Shown one piece after another: positions 1-12,744 of a DNA stretch of 64,000 bases; positions within the stretch are counted from its first letter, which is position 1; every line of letters begins with the position of its first letter. Location: positions 31,212,769-31,276,768 of the forward strand of contig NC_092630.1 of the NCBI RefSeq assembly GCF_039555335.1. The letters run 5' to 3'. This DNA is from Amphiura filiformis (lineage: Eukaryota). The notes below the pieces were generated by a model. It searched no databases. It saw only the letters and a program-made list of their open reading frames with translations, and was not told where the DNA came from. The translations under genes and the position numbers were made by a program.

Positions 1-2314
1 CAAAAAATTAATACCGCAAAAATATCCCGCTTTATAAAGTATATATGACTCTCTTTCCTATGGAGGGTACACAAGAATAGGATTACATGTTCACATTTAC
101 ATTGTAGAAAGTCATAATAAAGAGAGGACTTGAAGCTGGCCACTCATTCTCTTTACATCACTACCCAGTGATGAAATTCATTACAACCCTGGTGAAATCA
201 ATTATAACCTCTACAATGTACTGGTCACTGATGTCACACACTTACAAATGTTGCTATTCTTTAGTAAGTCTGTATTCTGTAACATCAAGACATGTAAAAC
301 TAATTTGCTGTGCTTGTACTCTTGATTTTGCTTTACTACGCAGTCGCACCAGAAACGCTAGCGGTGACCAGCGGCAAGCCGAAATATATCGACCACTTCA
401 CCGCAGCGGTAGCACTGCTGGGAGTTGAATTCAAGTCAACTCAGGGCGGTGCCCCTCTGACGTATGAGAACAAAATATGATTTTGGAGCGGTGCTGAGCG
501 GCAACATTGGCTTTCATAGTCATGCCGCTGCCGCTCTCTGGGGGGTGCCGCTCCGCTTGCATAAAAGTACAAGGGGCATGATGAAGCGTCATGCCGCTCA
601 GCGGCAAGCGGCAGAAAGTATGAAACCAGCATTACATTGTTTTGTATTTAAATTCTGTCAATTGAACTGGACACTGACACCACAAAGCTATACACTATAC
701 ACTCACAATGCATACACACACTGACACTCTGAGTAGACTTTGATTTAAGAGCAAAAAGTGTTTCTTAGTTACTGAATAATGCATTGAAACTGACCCACAC
801 TAAATATCACTGATTTTCCCAGTGATAAACAAATAACCCGAGTATTGAATAAAACCATGCTAAAACACATGTTAAGTATTTCAAATTCTGCTTTAAATAT
901 ACTGGCACAACATGTTAGGAGAGCATCTACTAGAAACCTGGGTCTGCATGCGCAGACACTTCAGTAGCCAAGTATTATGAGTACTTTCCTCATCATCTTT
1001 GTCTCTGGAATGATACAGATTAATTTTTACAAAAGCTGACAAAGATGTTGGCCACCAATATTTTGTACAGTGATGGCACACTGAAAGCTCACTCACCAAT
1101 GGGGCAACCAAATTAGTTTGAGGTATGTTGCCATTGGCACTCAGTCTGGACAAGTAAAGAATAGATCTCATGCCGGGTGGGTCAGTTTCACTGTCATTTA
1201 AAAATAAAACTGCAAATAATTAGATACATATTCAATTACTTATTACTAATACTTGCACTAGGAGAGGGAATATATTCTCTAAGTAGGTCACATTATTGGT
1301 AACAAGATTGCTGCTTACAGCTTGACCATGCTACACCAACTAAAGCAATATTTCTTAGGTGACATCCCTGCTATATAAAATATTCAGACATGTTTGTTGC
1401 CTCTAAACAGGTCCAAATTTGTAGTTGAGTCATGATTCAAGGCTCGCATGCATGTTGCCTTGTGATCAATCTAAATACATACTTATTCAACTAAGGGCTC
1501 ATATTGAAATTCCCTTACACAGGAAGGTGTGCGCCACCCTGCAGCTTTCCTGTGCTAGCCTTCTTTTGTTAAAATCCTGGGCAGGGTGTATCACTGATGC
1601 ATATAATCCATCCGTTTTATGACCGAGCTTTCCTGAGGCGCGCGCTTTGCGAGGGGAATCCTGCCTTCTTTCTGTGTGAAAACGTGGTAGGGTATTTCAA
1701 TATGAGCCCTAAAATGTCCCAATTTGGAAGTTAAAATGAGTGAAGTCCACTAGTCCAGGATCCAATAGCAAGACCAGGGTTCAAATCTAGCTCGAATCGG
1801 GGCGTTGATCAGGCATGTAGAGAGCCTTTTGTTCACCTGGTGCAAAAATTTAAATATTACACCATAATCAAGTTAAAATTTGGTGTTAAACAGACCAAAA
1901 AGAAGATGCACATTGCAATATTGGTCAAATTCTTGCCGGCCAGGTAGACTGAGCTGGCCGTTGCAGTCTACACCATTTGCACCCCTTGGCTAGCTATGCC
2001 ACTGGAGTCGATTATCAATAAAGCTGTAAATATTCTATTAGGCTACATACTGCGCTACATACTGCTGTTGTTCATATTAAATTTGTCTGTGACTGGTTCC
2101 AGACAAAAATGAACCTCTATTGACTCAACTACAAGTGTGCTTATCACCCCACCCCTCACCATTCCTCTTTGGTTGTGAAACCTTGTTATTCTTGTATACC
2201 TTTGTCTTCCATCCTGCATGAGTTTGACCCTGCCATAGAAAAGGTGACCAAAGTTGTGTCAGTTCACATGTCCTCCCTAAGGTTATAAAGAAAGCTAAGG
2301 TTAGGTTACTGACA

Positions 2315-2765
2315 TTATTTAAACCCTTCTCGAATGAATATCTGTTCTATTGCATCTAAGATGTGATGTGCTTCCATGGATGGTGCCAGAAGCTCACTAC
2401 TACTCTCAAAGTCTCGATGTCCATGATCAACAAGAATATTGGGTTCTATGTCACCTTCCAAAGCTTGAACTGATGAGTGCTTAGAATGTACTCCTGTATA
2501 TACTATGCATGATTCCATGACCTCTGCACATTTTTCTTGCATGATTACTGATAACTGTTCAAGCTGTTCATATGGTATTGGTACTTGTTCTAGTCCAGCA
2601 ACAACTTTCTGACTTTCCTCCTCAAGTTGACTCTCTTCAAATAGTGAACCTCGCTGGACTGCCTTCATTCTACGGTCCATTGATTTTTTGAGGCGGTTAA
2701 CTTCTTTTTGGCCGAGGTACTGGTTGTAAAGATTTGCACCATAAATATCTGTCACTGGGTTATCT
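2315..2765 (-). CDS. HDHD5: HDHD5-like terminal coding exon including the stop (…DNPVTDIYGANLYNQYLGQ…HGHRDFESS…AIEQIFIREGFK*); HAD motif IV GDNP
   Basis: It matches human VGDNPMSDVYGANLFHQYL…PFHGHRDLCFSP…QLVFRKEGW. The acceptor is tttctttatgatttcag| at 2766-2768. The stop codon is at 2315-2317. The boundaries are anchored to ORF-track entry 2315..2824. Confidence 0.85.
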
Positions 2766-3369
2766 CTGAAATCATAAAGAAACAAGATATTCGTAATTAG
2801 AAAAAAAAATCTATTGTTTAACATGTCCTTCGCTCATGGCGTATAAATGTGCTAACAGAAAATGCCACTCAGTGCGCAATAAATGCAGCGATGGCATACG
2901 CCTGTGGCTGCCATCTTGGATATGAGACAAGTGAGGTAAAGATATACTACAATAACTTCATAAACATTTCAAATATTCCCATTTATTGGTGCGAGAGGTT
3001 GCGGGTTCGAACCCTGGCGGTGCCTATAGTACGCTCTCGTGGGAAAATTGAGTTAGCTTGAAATTCCCCTGGACAAGGAACTCACTGCTTATTTGTCTCG
3101 TTGTATAACCTGTACGTAACTCCGGCAGCTGATCCTGGTTGCGAAGGTTATTTATGGAATGTCTAGGGTGTGCGCTCTTGAAGCAGCAAAGTCCTTGATA
3201 TGTTGTTTAATGGTTTGTGGAATGATGTGGGGCCATAGTGGTCAGCAACAACCTGTAAAGTGTGCTGAGGCTTGTGGATCAACGTCTAGGCGTCGTGCCT
3301 GTGCGTAGCGCACTATAAATCACTGCGCTTTTTACAAATATTTTCACAATGTACATGTTATGTAAATAT

Positions 3370-3600
3370 CAATTATATAATGAATATAGCATTTGCTAAA
3401 TATTGTGAGTATGTGGGTTATAAGGTTGTAAGTTATGAGAAAGTGCTGAGTTTGTTAACTTCTCAATGTCAAATGGTGATAGTCTGGGTGTGGTGGTTCC
3501 TGATTGGTGAGAGTGGTTGGCAGATGATGTCTGGAAGCGGATGTGTGTCTACAAGGCAAGGCCAGCACACAGCGATTAGTCAAGAACATTGTCAAGATGA
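3370..3600 (+). repeat. Direct repeat copy A (~230 bp, contains ggttcctgattggtgagagtgg). The partner copy is at 5350-5600, and the two flank the Gypsy integrase fragment. Possibly an LTR remnant.
   Basis: About 80% identity to 5350-5600 in the same orientation, roughly 2 kb apart. Confidence 0.55.
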
Positions 3601-4019
3601 AGTAGCCTATAGGTGTACAACTTGATCCTTGAACATGTATACACCATAAAAGATGCTACAATATAATAAATAATAGATTGATAGACAAGGTGGTTCTCGA
3701 ACCACGAGTCTCGCCTGCTTTCGCATCCGCCTGCTTTTGTGATTACTTTTGGTAGAAGGAAATGAACCTGCAACAACCCATGGTGATTTGCCTGTTCAAT
3801 TTGAGCTTGATTGAACCAATATTGAAATTTGACCTTGATAGAAAACTGATAATTCTGCAGCTTAGCAGGGTGTTAGGCAGGATCCAAAACTTACCAATCC
3901 AAAATTTTGGGGGTCCAATATTGATCACACACACACACATTTTAATTTGAAGTTTAAATTAAGTATACATGTTGAATTCTGCAGCAATCGCATATGAGAG
4001 ATGATTTGTGACAGCAACA

Positions 4020-4520
4020 AGCAGATGATGCTACATTGAACAGTATCACACAGCATGTGCTACCAATTATTGATGTAGAAAAATATCAGTTTTTTCCTTC
4101 AAAAGGATGGCTTTTTGATGAGAAAGTGGGAGCACGGTCAGTCAATATCGGGTAAATATCATGGTAATGGCGCATGACAATGCTGCGCATATGGGTGTTC
4201 AAAAGACTAAGGATAGAGTACTTGCCCACTTTTATTGGACCAGTGTCTTTCAGTACATTCAAAGGTATCGTAGAACCTGTGACATGTGTCAGAAAATGGA
4301 TAAAGGTAAGCAGACATGCAAAGTCCCCCGTTACTCACGCCAGTGATTGATGTCCCTGCTGTTGATACTGTTGGTCCGTTTCAGAGATCTCAAAAGAGGA
4401 TATATATATCATTTGAGTGACTATCTGTGATTATGCTAGATACCCAGAAGCAGTCGCCTTCTCAAATGCTGGGGCTGATACTGTAGTTGATGCATTGATA
4501 ACTGTGTTTGCTATAGTAGG
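4020..4520 (+). pseudogene. Degraded Ty3/Gypsy-type pol fragment: the integrase N-terminal HHCC zinc finger (AHDNAAHMGVQKTKDRVLAHFYWTSVFQYIQRYRRTCDMCQK) followed by a frameshifted, stop-interrupted integrase core
   Basis: The H-x3-H…C-x2-C spacing and surrounding residues match the retroviral/Gypsy integrase zinc-binding domain (LHDxPxxGHxGxxKT…YWWPxM…CxxCQ). The downstream frames read …PAVDTVGPF…, …EISKEDIYIIL…, and …YPEAVAFSNAGADTVVDALITVFAIVGIP, with stops and frameshifts between them. Confidence 0.6.
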
Positions 4521-4647
4521 CATACCATAGTAGGTATTGTGGGATACAATCTCCCTCTCTCGACATGTTAAAAATCGCTTGCCCCTCCCCTCCTCTCTGC
4601 CTGCCAAATAATCTTTGCCCCCCTTTCCACATACCAAATTTTTGGGA

Positions 4648-5165
4648 TCCCAATGGTACAGGGTGCACAACTTAAAAGTTCCCCCTAATACTTTTTAAAA
4701 TAAGTCCAAAAATATTTTATGAAATATTTAAATGTAAAAAGAAATTTATAGCCCTATTTGTTTTACCCCTGTGGACCAATTTATAGCGTCACACATCATT
4801 GCGTTCAGTCACAATGGTTAATTATGTAAGAAAAGAGGCTGTTTTAAAAGTTGCACCTGAGCCCATAGCAGTCAGGTTTTCTTTAACACATGAATTATAG
4901 GCCTTGCCTGCTGTATTGTTTGAGGAGTTGACTCCTATGGACTCAGATGCAACTTTTAACACAGTTTAAAACGGTTTCTTTTTTACATAATGAACCATTG
5001 TGACTGAACGCAATGACGTGTGACGCTATAATTTGTACCATAGTTGTAACACAAATAAGGCTACACATGTCTTTTTACAAGTTTGCATTGCATCAAATAT
5101 TTTTGATTCATTTAAAAAAGTATTTAGGGGGGAACTTATAAGTTGTGTACCCTGTATATTGCGAG
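4648..5165. mobile_element. Foldback/MITE (~520 bp) with nested inverted repeats: outer ~50-bp TIR ggtacagggtgcacaacttaaaagttccccctaatactttttaaaa / rc, and inner IR tttatagcgtcacacatcattgcgttcagtcacaatgg / rc
   Basis: The inverted repeats are read directly at 4650-4700 vs 5110-5160 and at 4781-4820 vs 4992-5030. Confidence 0.7.
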
Positions 5166-5349
5166 TATAGCAAAATTTGCATATTGAAGCGTTTCCATAC
5201 TATTTTTGTTAGCCATTTTAGAGCGTTTTATTTAAAAGGCACCCCATAAATGTGTGCCAAAAATTGCTTCTACCCTTCGGCTTGCCAAAAATTGCTTGCC
5301 CCTCTCTCGGCTTGCCATAAATACCCCCCAATTTGACTCTCCGACAGGG

Positions 5350-5600
5350 CTCTTACTTATTGCACAGCTCCTAAATATAGCATGTATCAATTTTGTGGAT
5401 GTGCATTTGGGGGTGTGCAAAGTTATGAGAAAGTGCTCAAATTTGTTAACTTTTCAATGTCAAATTGTGGATGTATTAGTCATGAGTCCGAGTGTGGTGG
5501 TTCCTGATTGGTGAGAGTGGCTGAAAGATGATGTCAGGAAGTAGGTGTGTGTCCGACAGGTACATGTAAGGCCAGCACATTGGGGGTATTCATTTTCCCT
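5350..5600 (+). repeat. Direct repeat copy B (partner of 3370-3600)
   Basis: Shared blocks include aaatatagcat…gttatgagaaagtgct…gtggtggttcctgattggtgagagtgg…atgatgtc…aggccagcaca. Confidence 0.55.
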
Positions 5601-5840
5601 CGGAATGTGAACGAGGTATTCGTTGTCTTGCAAGCATGATACACATGATGAGAATTGTTTTTGTTTGTCTCTGCGCACCTTCGGCAAGGACCCGAATACT
5701 CCCAATTTTCTCCCCATAGTTGATGGCGCGAGTGTATGTGGCGGTATAGGGAGGGAGTCCCGGTTCTCCTTCTCTAATTCTGTGGTGCACAATATACATA
5801 TAAAGACAGACAAATGCACAGCTCAATTCATGTATCTTAC

Positions 5841-5983
5841 CCAATAGCATAAAGTGTTCTTAGCGGTCCTTCAATTCCCATTTCTCTTGCTTGTTGCGCT
5901 AACACATTCTCGGCAAAATGGTAAGTAATCTGACTTGGTTTGCCAGTTAGTACCATGTATTCTAGATCTTTGCCTGTGATTTT
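5841..5983 (-). CDS. HDHD5: HDHD5-like coding exon carrying HAD motif III Lys (KITGKDLEYMVLTGKPSQITYHFAENVLAQQAREMGIEGPLRTLYAIG)
   Basis: It matches human [49 protein letters not shown]. The acceptor is tatcttgcag| at 5984-5986 and the donor is GG|gtaaga at 5839-5840. The GG plus the first A of the next exon restores GDNP. The boundaries are anchored to ORF-track entry 5837..6031. Confidence 0.85.
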
Positions 5984-6837
5984 CTGCAAGATAAATAATT
6001 TTGAGGAAAAATGTGATATGTTAGTTTTCAATACATGTAAATGTAATTACTGACTTTAGAGAACTATCTAATGGCAAATACTTGTTTCACATTAAGGATG
6101 CACACAGGATCACTGAAGTGTTACATGGCCAAAATTGAGTTTTCATCACTAATGTCATCTTCAAACCGTATTTTATCTTGTCATTAATAGATTTTAAAGA
6201 AATCTTAAAATTTGAACCATAAGAAAAGCTATTTTAAAGACCCTTTTTCAATAAAAAATCGTCAAAATGCAAAAGCAAATAAATCATTGTTTTCCCGCAA
6301 TAGATCGCGTTCTCGTAACGCGTACAGCTAGCAAAGACACGCACACATGGTAAACTGGATGGGCGAGGTGATTGCTGATTGAGGCGCTAGAGTCGCTAAT
6401 CGCGATCACTACCGTTTATCGTCACGGTATTCATGGTATTGATCTCTTCCAAGGTATAGGTAAAGCTTGCACCATTGCATTGTGAAACTGCGGGCCGACA
6501 GACCACCACCGTCCCCGTCCCAGAATCAGTAGGCCTACTCGATAAATTTCGCCCAAAAAAAACCGGCTGATATAGTGGTATAAAGTGTTTTTTTTTATAT
6601 GAACATAATAGTGAATTTTTTGTTTGTTTTTGTTTTGTTTTTCAAGTTTCATTCTGAACTTGAAAAGATGAAATTTATCTGTAAGAAGTAGTTAGGCCTA
6701 CCCGTAAGAAGCCCTGTAATGATGACGCAATCTGGTAGATAGATAGAAAACGTATAGGCCCTAAATATTTTGCTAGTAGGCTGGACTTAGCCCGTATAGT
6801 ACATCATTAGGCTTATTATTTTATGTTTAAAAATTCG

Positions 6838-6876
6838 TTTTATTTCATTCATTCATTCATTCATTCATTCATTTCA
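6838..6876 (+). repeat. (CATT)n microsatellite
   Basis: The sequence reads cattcattcattcattcattcattcatt. Confidence 0.9.
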
Positions 6877-9423
6877 TTTCATTGTTATTATTTGATTTAC
6901 CAAGTTGGTGTAGTTGGACAAGAATATAGGCCTATTATTATTAGCTTATATTTTATGCAGTCCCAGCCTTGGTTCGGGGGCCTCTGCGGTCGTTCAGTCT
7001 CGTCTTAATTTTGAAGACCATAAAAAATAGGCAAGCAGTTACTATCGGTAGGCCTATATTAGATACCTAAGGCCCTGAATAATGTTTCAAAGTGTTATTA
7101 AAACACGGATTTAAGATTCGTTTTCAAATGTTCTCTACTACTGATTGACCATTAACGCAATGTCAAAAACGTTGACATTTCAATACATCATATCGACCAT
7201 CTAGGCATGGCATAGGCCTACAACTCTATGTCAAAAATGTCGATATTTGAAATCGGCATAGCGAGCACGCGTTTATGAAAGCATTTTCATGAATGGTTTA
7301 ATGCTAAATAATAATTTCAAACGAGAAATATAATCGAAAACGCAAATTCATGCTTTTTTCATAACCCATTTTAACTACATTTCCATTAGTAGGCCTATGA
7401 GGTCTACCATATGCCATGATTGCGATAAAGGTTTTTGGTTTTACAACACTTTTTGCGAATGTTTTGGCCGAATGACTTTTTATTTGCATGTTTGTCTGGC
7501 TTTCAACTTTCACGTTTATAATGTTTTCTGTATACTTTAAAAGGTAAACTGCTTTAAAGCATTTTTCGTGAATGTTTTCATGCAGTGTTTTAAAACGCTC
7601 TTTATAGCATGATGCCTGCATGATGCCTATAGGGCCTATACTGTAGGCCTACTGCATAAACCACAATCTAATTTAAAGCCATACGTGTTCCGTTTTCTAG
7701 TTTTGAAATTCGGTTTTGTTAGGCTATGTCAATTTCCGTGTTTTTCAGTTTTCTTGTGACCTCTCCGTGTTTTGCCCGTTTAACATATATATAGGCTTAC
7801 TTTTTGTCCGTTCTACAAGAAGTTTATTCAAGACATATTACAACTTTTACCCCACTTTTTACACGTTTATTTGATTGAAAACAACAACAGACACATTTTT
7901 TTAAATTTTTGTTGTTGTATTTTATTCACTTTTTATGCGGTAGGCCTACAAAATATTTTCAACTTTATTGTGGCTTTAGGCCTATAATAGGCCTATGACT
8001 TTTGTATACGTGTTTGATATTCCGTAAAAAGTTAAAAATAAAATATGATAACAACAAACAATTACATAACAAAAACGGAATATTGAGTAATGCGACACAT
8101 CAGAAACTTTTTAAATTTTACTTGGGATTCCTGTGATGTAGGTAGGCCTATAGCTATAACGGGTGTTAAAATGCCTAGGCCTCTATCTTTGGCGCGGACG
8201 GGCCGCGGTGGTGCCTCTCAAGAAAAAGCAGCGAGTAGTAACAACATCATGAAAATCACCAAAAACGATAAATTAAAAACATTGCATTTTTAAAGCAAAA
8301 TTATGAAAATTAGGACAAAACAGAAATCGCAATTATCATGATTATGTCTCAATTTATTCTTCATTTCATAAAACTTCCTGATTATCTGCTAAAATAATTG
8401 CTTGTCAGTTATTCTATGCTACTTTTAATGTTCTGATGTCCGCAAATTTTAATACAGAGCATGATCTTTTTTTATACGGAACAGGACAAAATTGTGCTTA
8501 CATAATCATGGTTTCGATTCATGGCAACACGACCATGCACTGTGCAACTTATTCAGCGTAACCTGTCTGTCTGTCCGCGCCCAGTCGCTCCTCAACGCCG
8601 ACGCTTGACGCCACGGCCTTGCGGACGCTCTGCTGCACCATGGAAACAAGACTGAAGTAAATAAAATGGCTACACCATGTGGATAAACATCTGCCGAATG
8701 TGCACGGATAATTTTGTCATATTGTATATTTTACCTTCTAAATCACCAAAAAAAAATGCCAATCTGCTGCAGTTGGACGCCCTTCTCATTTTCTAACTTG
8801 ACCAAAGCGTCACAAGTCACGGATTATATATTTATGGAATAATCTTCAAAAATGGACCTAAAATTAAGCTGTATTTTTCTAAATCGCGATTTTCGGCAAG
8901 TTCACTTTTGACCACTTTTAACCATTTTTGGTCCGCCATAGCGCCTAAATGAAGCATCACTGAGGTAAGTTTTTAAGTCAAACGTTTAGATATGGCCAAA
9001 ATCTAGATAGTGTTTTTTAATTTTTTTTTAAATTAGGGCCTAGAACTTTTTTTATCACCCATAATTCAAAAATTTGAACACGTGTCACACGTTTTTACTG
9101 ATTTTTTGCCTATATTTTAAAAACTAAGCAAAATTTGAAAAAATAAAAAACACTTTCTAGATTTATTTGTCTAAATTAATAAAATTCATGTTTTACAGTT
9201 TTTGATTTTCAAATAATTTTTTATGGCGGACCAAAAATTTGGGTCAAAAAAGCGTTTTTGGGATTTTCTCGAAAATTGTACTTTTTGACCCAAAACTGAC
9301 ATTTTAAATGGATTTATGAGCTCATTTCCTTTCAAAAAATGTATACTTTTATATACTTTACATAAATAGTTTTCGAGTTATGAGGTGAATAATAATGGAT
9401 AATTAGTGATCCTGTGTGCCTCC

Positions 9424-10090
9424 TTAAGGGATCCAAAATGAGCGTTTATTGCGTTTCGACAGTATTTTTTGTGGAACATGAGAGCACCTCAGACCTATCA
9501 ATTGCATTCTTAATCTGAAGCATGTCTTTCTGATATCAAATAATTTTCATTTTTAAAAATCACAATATAATACAAATTTTATGACAAATTATAAAAATTT
9601 GATATTTTTCAAATTTTGATATATAACAGTCCTCGAAGTAAATTATATAAATCGAATGATATATTCTTAAAGTGTATGTAGCTGGGAGGAAAAGCCGACG
9701 GTCAATTGAAAATTTTGACCTTTCATATTGAAGATATGGATTTTTTCCCAAAAGACCTAATTTGTTTTGGTGTTTTGGGAAAAAAAATCAATATCTTCAA
9801 TACGAAAAGTCAAAATTTTCAATTGATCGTCAGTTTTTCATCCCACCTACATACACTTTAAGTATAAATCATCAGATTTATAAAGTTTACTTCAAGTACT
9901 GTTAAATATCAAAAATTTCAATTTTTAATGATTTGCCATAAAATGTGTATTAAATTGCGAATTACAAAAAATCAAAATTATTTGATATCAGAATGACATT
10001 CTTCGCATTCAGAATGCAATTCGATATGTCTGATGTGCTCTAATGTCCCAAAATAAATACTGTCCAAACGTTCATACCCCAGCCCTTAAG
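9424..10090. mobile_element. Giant foldback element copy 1 (~670 bp near-perfect palindrome; termini CTTAAGGG…CCCTTAAG)
   Basis: The left and right halves are reverse complements of each other around a centre near 9760 (…ttttcccaaaagacctaatttgttttggtgttttgggaaaaaaa…). It is homologous throughout to 26628-27249. Confidence 0.8.
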
Positions 10091-12414
10091 ATACTCTATG
10101 CTACTGACAAATGCATCCTATATTTCTTATGATCAATTTTATAAAGTTACAAACACCAAATTGGTTATAACAGCTTGTCACCTTGAGATTGGCAGTGACG
10201 TCAAAATGTGTATGTGAGAGAGCATTGCAATTGTGCTGCCTTTACTAAATGACATGAGCATACATTATGCTGCGATTCCATGATTGGCATGCGCCTTTAA
10301 AACGTGCAGTGACATCTCTATCAATATGGAGGTGACGAGCAGTATAAACATTATCGCAGTCCTTGCAGAGACAAGTAAACAGGAAGTTGGTATGTAGTAA
10401 AAAGATCCAAGCATGCAATTAACTATGCCTTATGCCAACAATTACAAAGTGTATTTGGCGATTTTTTAGTTATTTTGCACAATTTTGTTCAAATTTCATT
10501 CTAAATCTGAATACGTAAGAAAACTAAGAGAAGTGAAAACATGCTTTATAATTTTATCACTGAAACATAGCTTTTTAGGTGATAAAATGTTTGTTTGGTT
10601 CTTTTTATTTTCTTTCCAGCATTGTCCTCTGCACAGATTAAGTTTTAAATTTTAAGAAATTCAAATCATTATTTTAGTTTCCTGATAATATGATATAGAA
10701 TCATTAAATAGAATGTTAAGAAGACTTTAAATGTAAAGTAATAACATGCAGGATTTAAATCAGAAAAATACTGTATGCACAAGTTGAATGCACTTTATAT
10801 TCTTTTGTCAAAAGCAACTTGATACCAGCTATCGCCTTAAGGCAGCTGTGTACTCTCAGACATGCATGTAGTAAAAGTGCCATAACTTTGTAATTATTCA
10901 CGCATAAGACATATAAAAGTATACATTTTATAAAGGCAATACATCAATGAATCTTAATATAAATACAGATTTGGTGTAAAAACAACAATTATGAAGAAAA
11001 TCACAAAAAAGTGAGTTTTTGGCCATTTTTGTTCGGTACATCATAACAAAAAAACACTCTTTCCAAAAATTTTGTTTTCTTTTTTTCTTAATCTTCAGAC
11101 ATCATTCCAAAAATGCTTTTTTTAGTTTTTGATATTGGCCTTATTTTTTAGATATTGACCATATAAGGCATCAAAATGAACTTTTAAAATTCACAAGCGC
11201 CTATTTGCACAAAATGATGCCTAAAATCGGAAATAGACCAAAATATAAAAAATGAGAAAACCATTTCTTAAGTCGATCATGCTTTTTATGATGAGCATAA
11301 TTGCTTACCTATAGATGCTGTATTTATTGAGTTATCGTGTACCTAAATCGTCATTTTACCGAGAAAATGAACATTGAAATAAAGGCCGTTGAAGTTTAAA
11401 GAGGTCACATTTTGCACTTTGATCGAAGCTCACAAGAGAATGCGGCAGTTCTTGTTTTTCTACCTTACATTACGTGAACATCGGGTAAATCCACAGCCCC
11501 TTGAGAAGTTTGGGCGAAATCTATTCATATCCTGGTGTTTAAATCGGGGGAAAGAACTTGAAAAAATTCACATTTTATCAGCTAAAAGCGGAGCCATTTG
11601 ACCGCAAGGTTTTATGAAATCAGTGCTTCCGTAGTGCTTCCATAAGATGCGCCGCAAGCATGCAGATAAGCGTTATGCGTATGCGTAAGCGTATCTGTGC
11701 GTTAACAAATTGCGCGTCTAAAGAACGCGATGAGTTGTTGCGCGCGTATACCCCGATGGTACAACAAAGATTTTCTTCCCTTTTAAATTGCAAAAACGAG
11801 TGAAATAGTGAAATAAAATCCATAAAATAGAGCATTTGGAGTTAACAAATCTGGATTTTCTTTCCTTGTATTTATAAAAAACATAACAAAGTAAATACAT
11901 TTCAAAAAAGCTCAATTTCGCGAAAGAAACAATGTCTAGAGTACACAGCCGCGTTAAAGCCAACAACATCAAATTCTGATTTATCAAAACTATTATTGAG
12001 TATTGCTAAGTGATATTCTGTTACCCTTCTAATATTTGATGCAATGCATTTGTGTTTTATAGTATACTGAAATACACATCTGAATAATACATATATAATA
12101 CTCACATTGTATAGAGTTTCTAGACACACAAGGAAAGACCCATGTCCTAACCTGAAAGAAATGGATGTAATAATATAGTTTTATTAAAAATGGTTTAGTT
12201 GCATTTTCTCATCACACAATATCTCTAATGCAGGGTGTACAACATAATTATCAGATCAGTTATTAAACACTGAAAATGTCCATATTCCTCCTCAATCTGA
12301 GCCTTCAAATATATGTTCTACTTTGAAGACTTAACTATCCTATAAATGTTGATCTTTTTCTGGATGTGTTTGGGAAAGTTGCATCCTACCTTCACCAATA
12401 GATTTGAAGGACAC

Positions 12415-12457
12415 TGAATTGTCTATCCCTGCTCTAAGATATGACCCAAAAATGAGT
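12415..12457 (-). CDS. HDHD5: Tentative HDHD5-like micro-exon ((R)LIFGSYLRAGIDNS); an alternative donor would extend it to 12390
   Basis: This is the only open frame, and it matches the phase left by the preceding exon (AG + A = Arg). It gives R-x-x-FG, which corresponds to human RFGHG. The phase-0 donor TCA|gtgtcc is weak. The stronger donors G|gtgaag and GAAG|gtagga would leave a phase conflict with exon 5841-5983. A missing micro-exon or a misassignment is possible. Confidence 0.3.
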
Positions 12458-12744
12458 CTGTGAGAGTGTGTCAATGTTTGCCTGTCTCTCCATGCTTGCA
12501 CAGCTAAACTTTGCTTCTTAGTGACAAGCTTTTGTCACATAATGAACAAAATTCACAACCAGACTGATTCTCATTATATGACTCAGTTGCGCAGCCTCAC
12601 TCCCTAATAAACCCTCCATCAAAATTGAGATTTCAATATCTAAAGAATGCTTATATTTTTCTCATATCCCCAGTAAACTTTTAGGCTTGATAAATGTTTC
12701 CTTTAGATGGCATGAACAATTGAAGTGTTGGCCTCATTCCCTAA

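Noticed and set aside
2990-3040. Possible tRNA gene (gcgggttcgaaccctggcgg, T-loop-like) and a second GGTTCTCGAACC site at 3684
   Set aside because: No cloverleaf can be drawn. The acceptor and T stems are not complementary. More likely these are SINE or tRNA-derived fragments in the HDHD5 3' flank.
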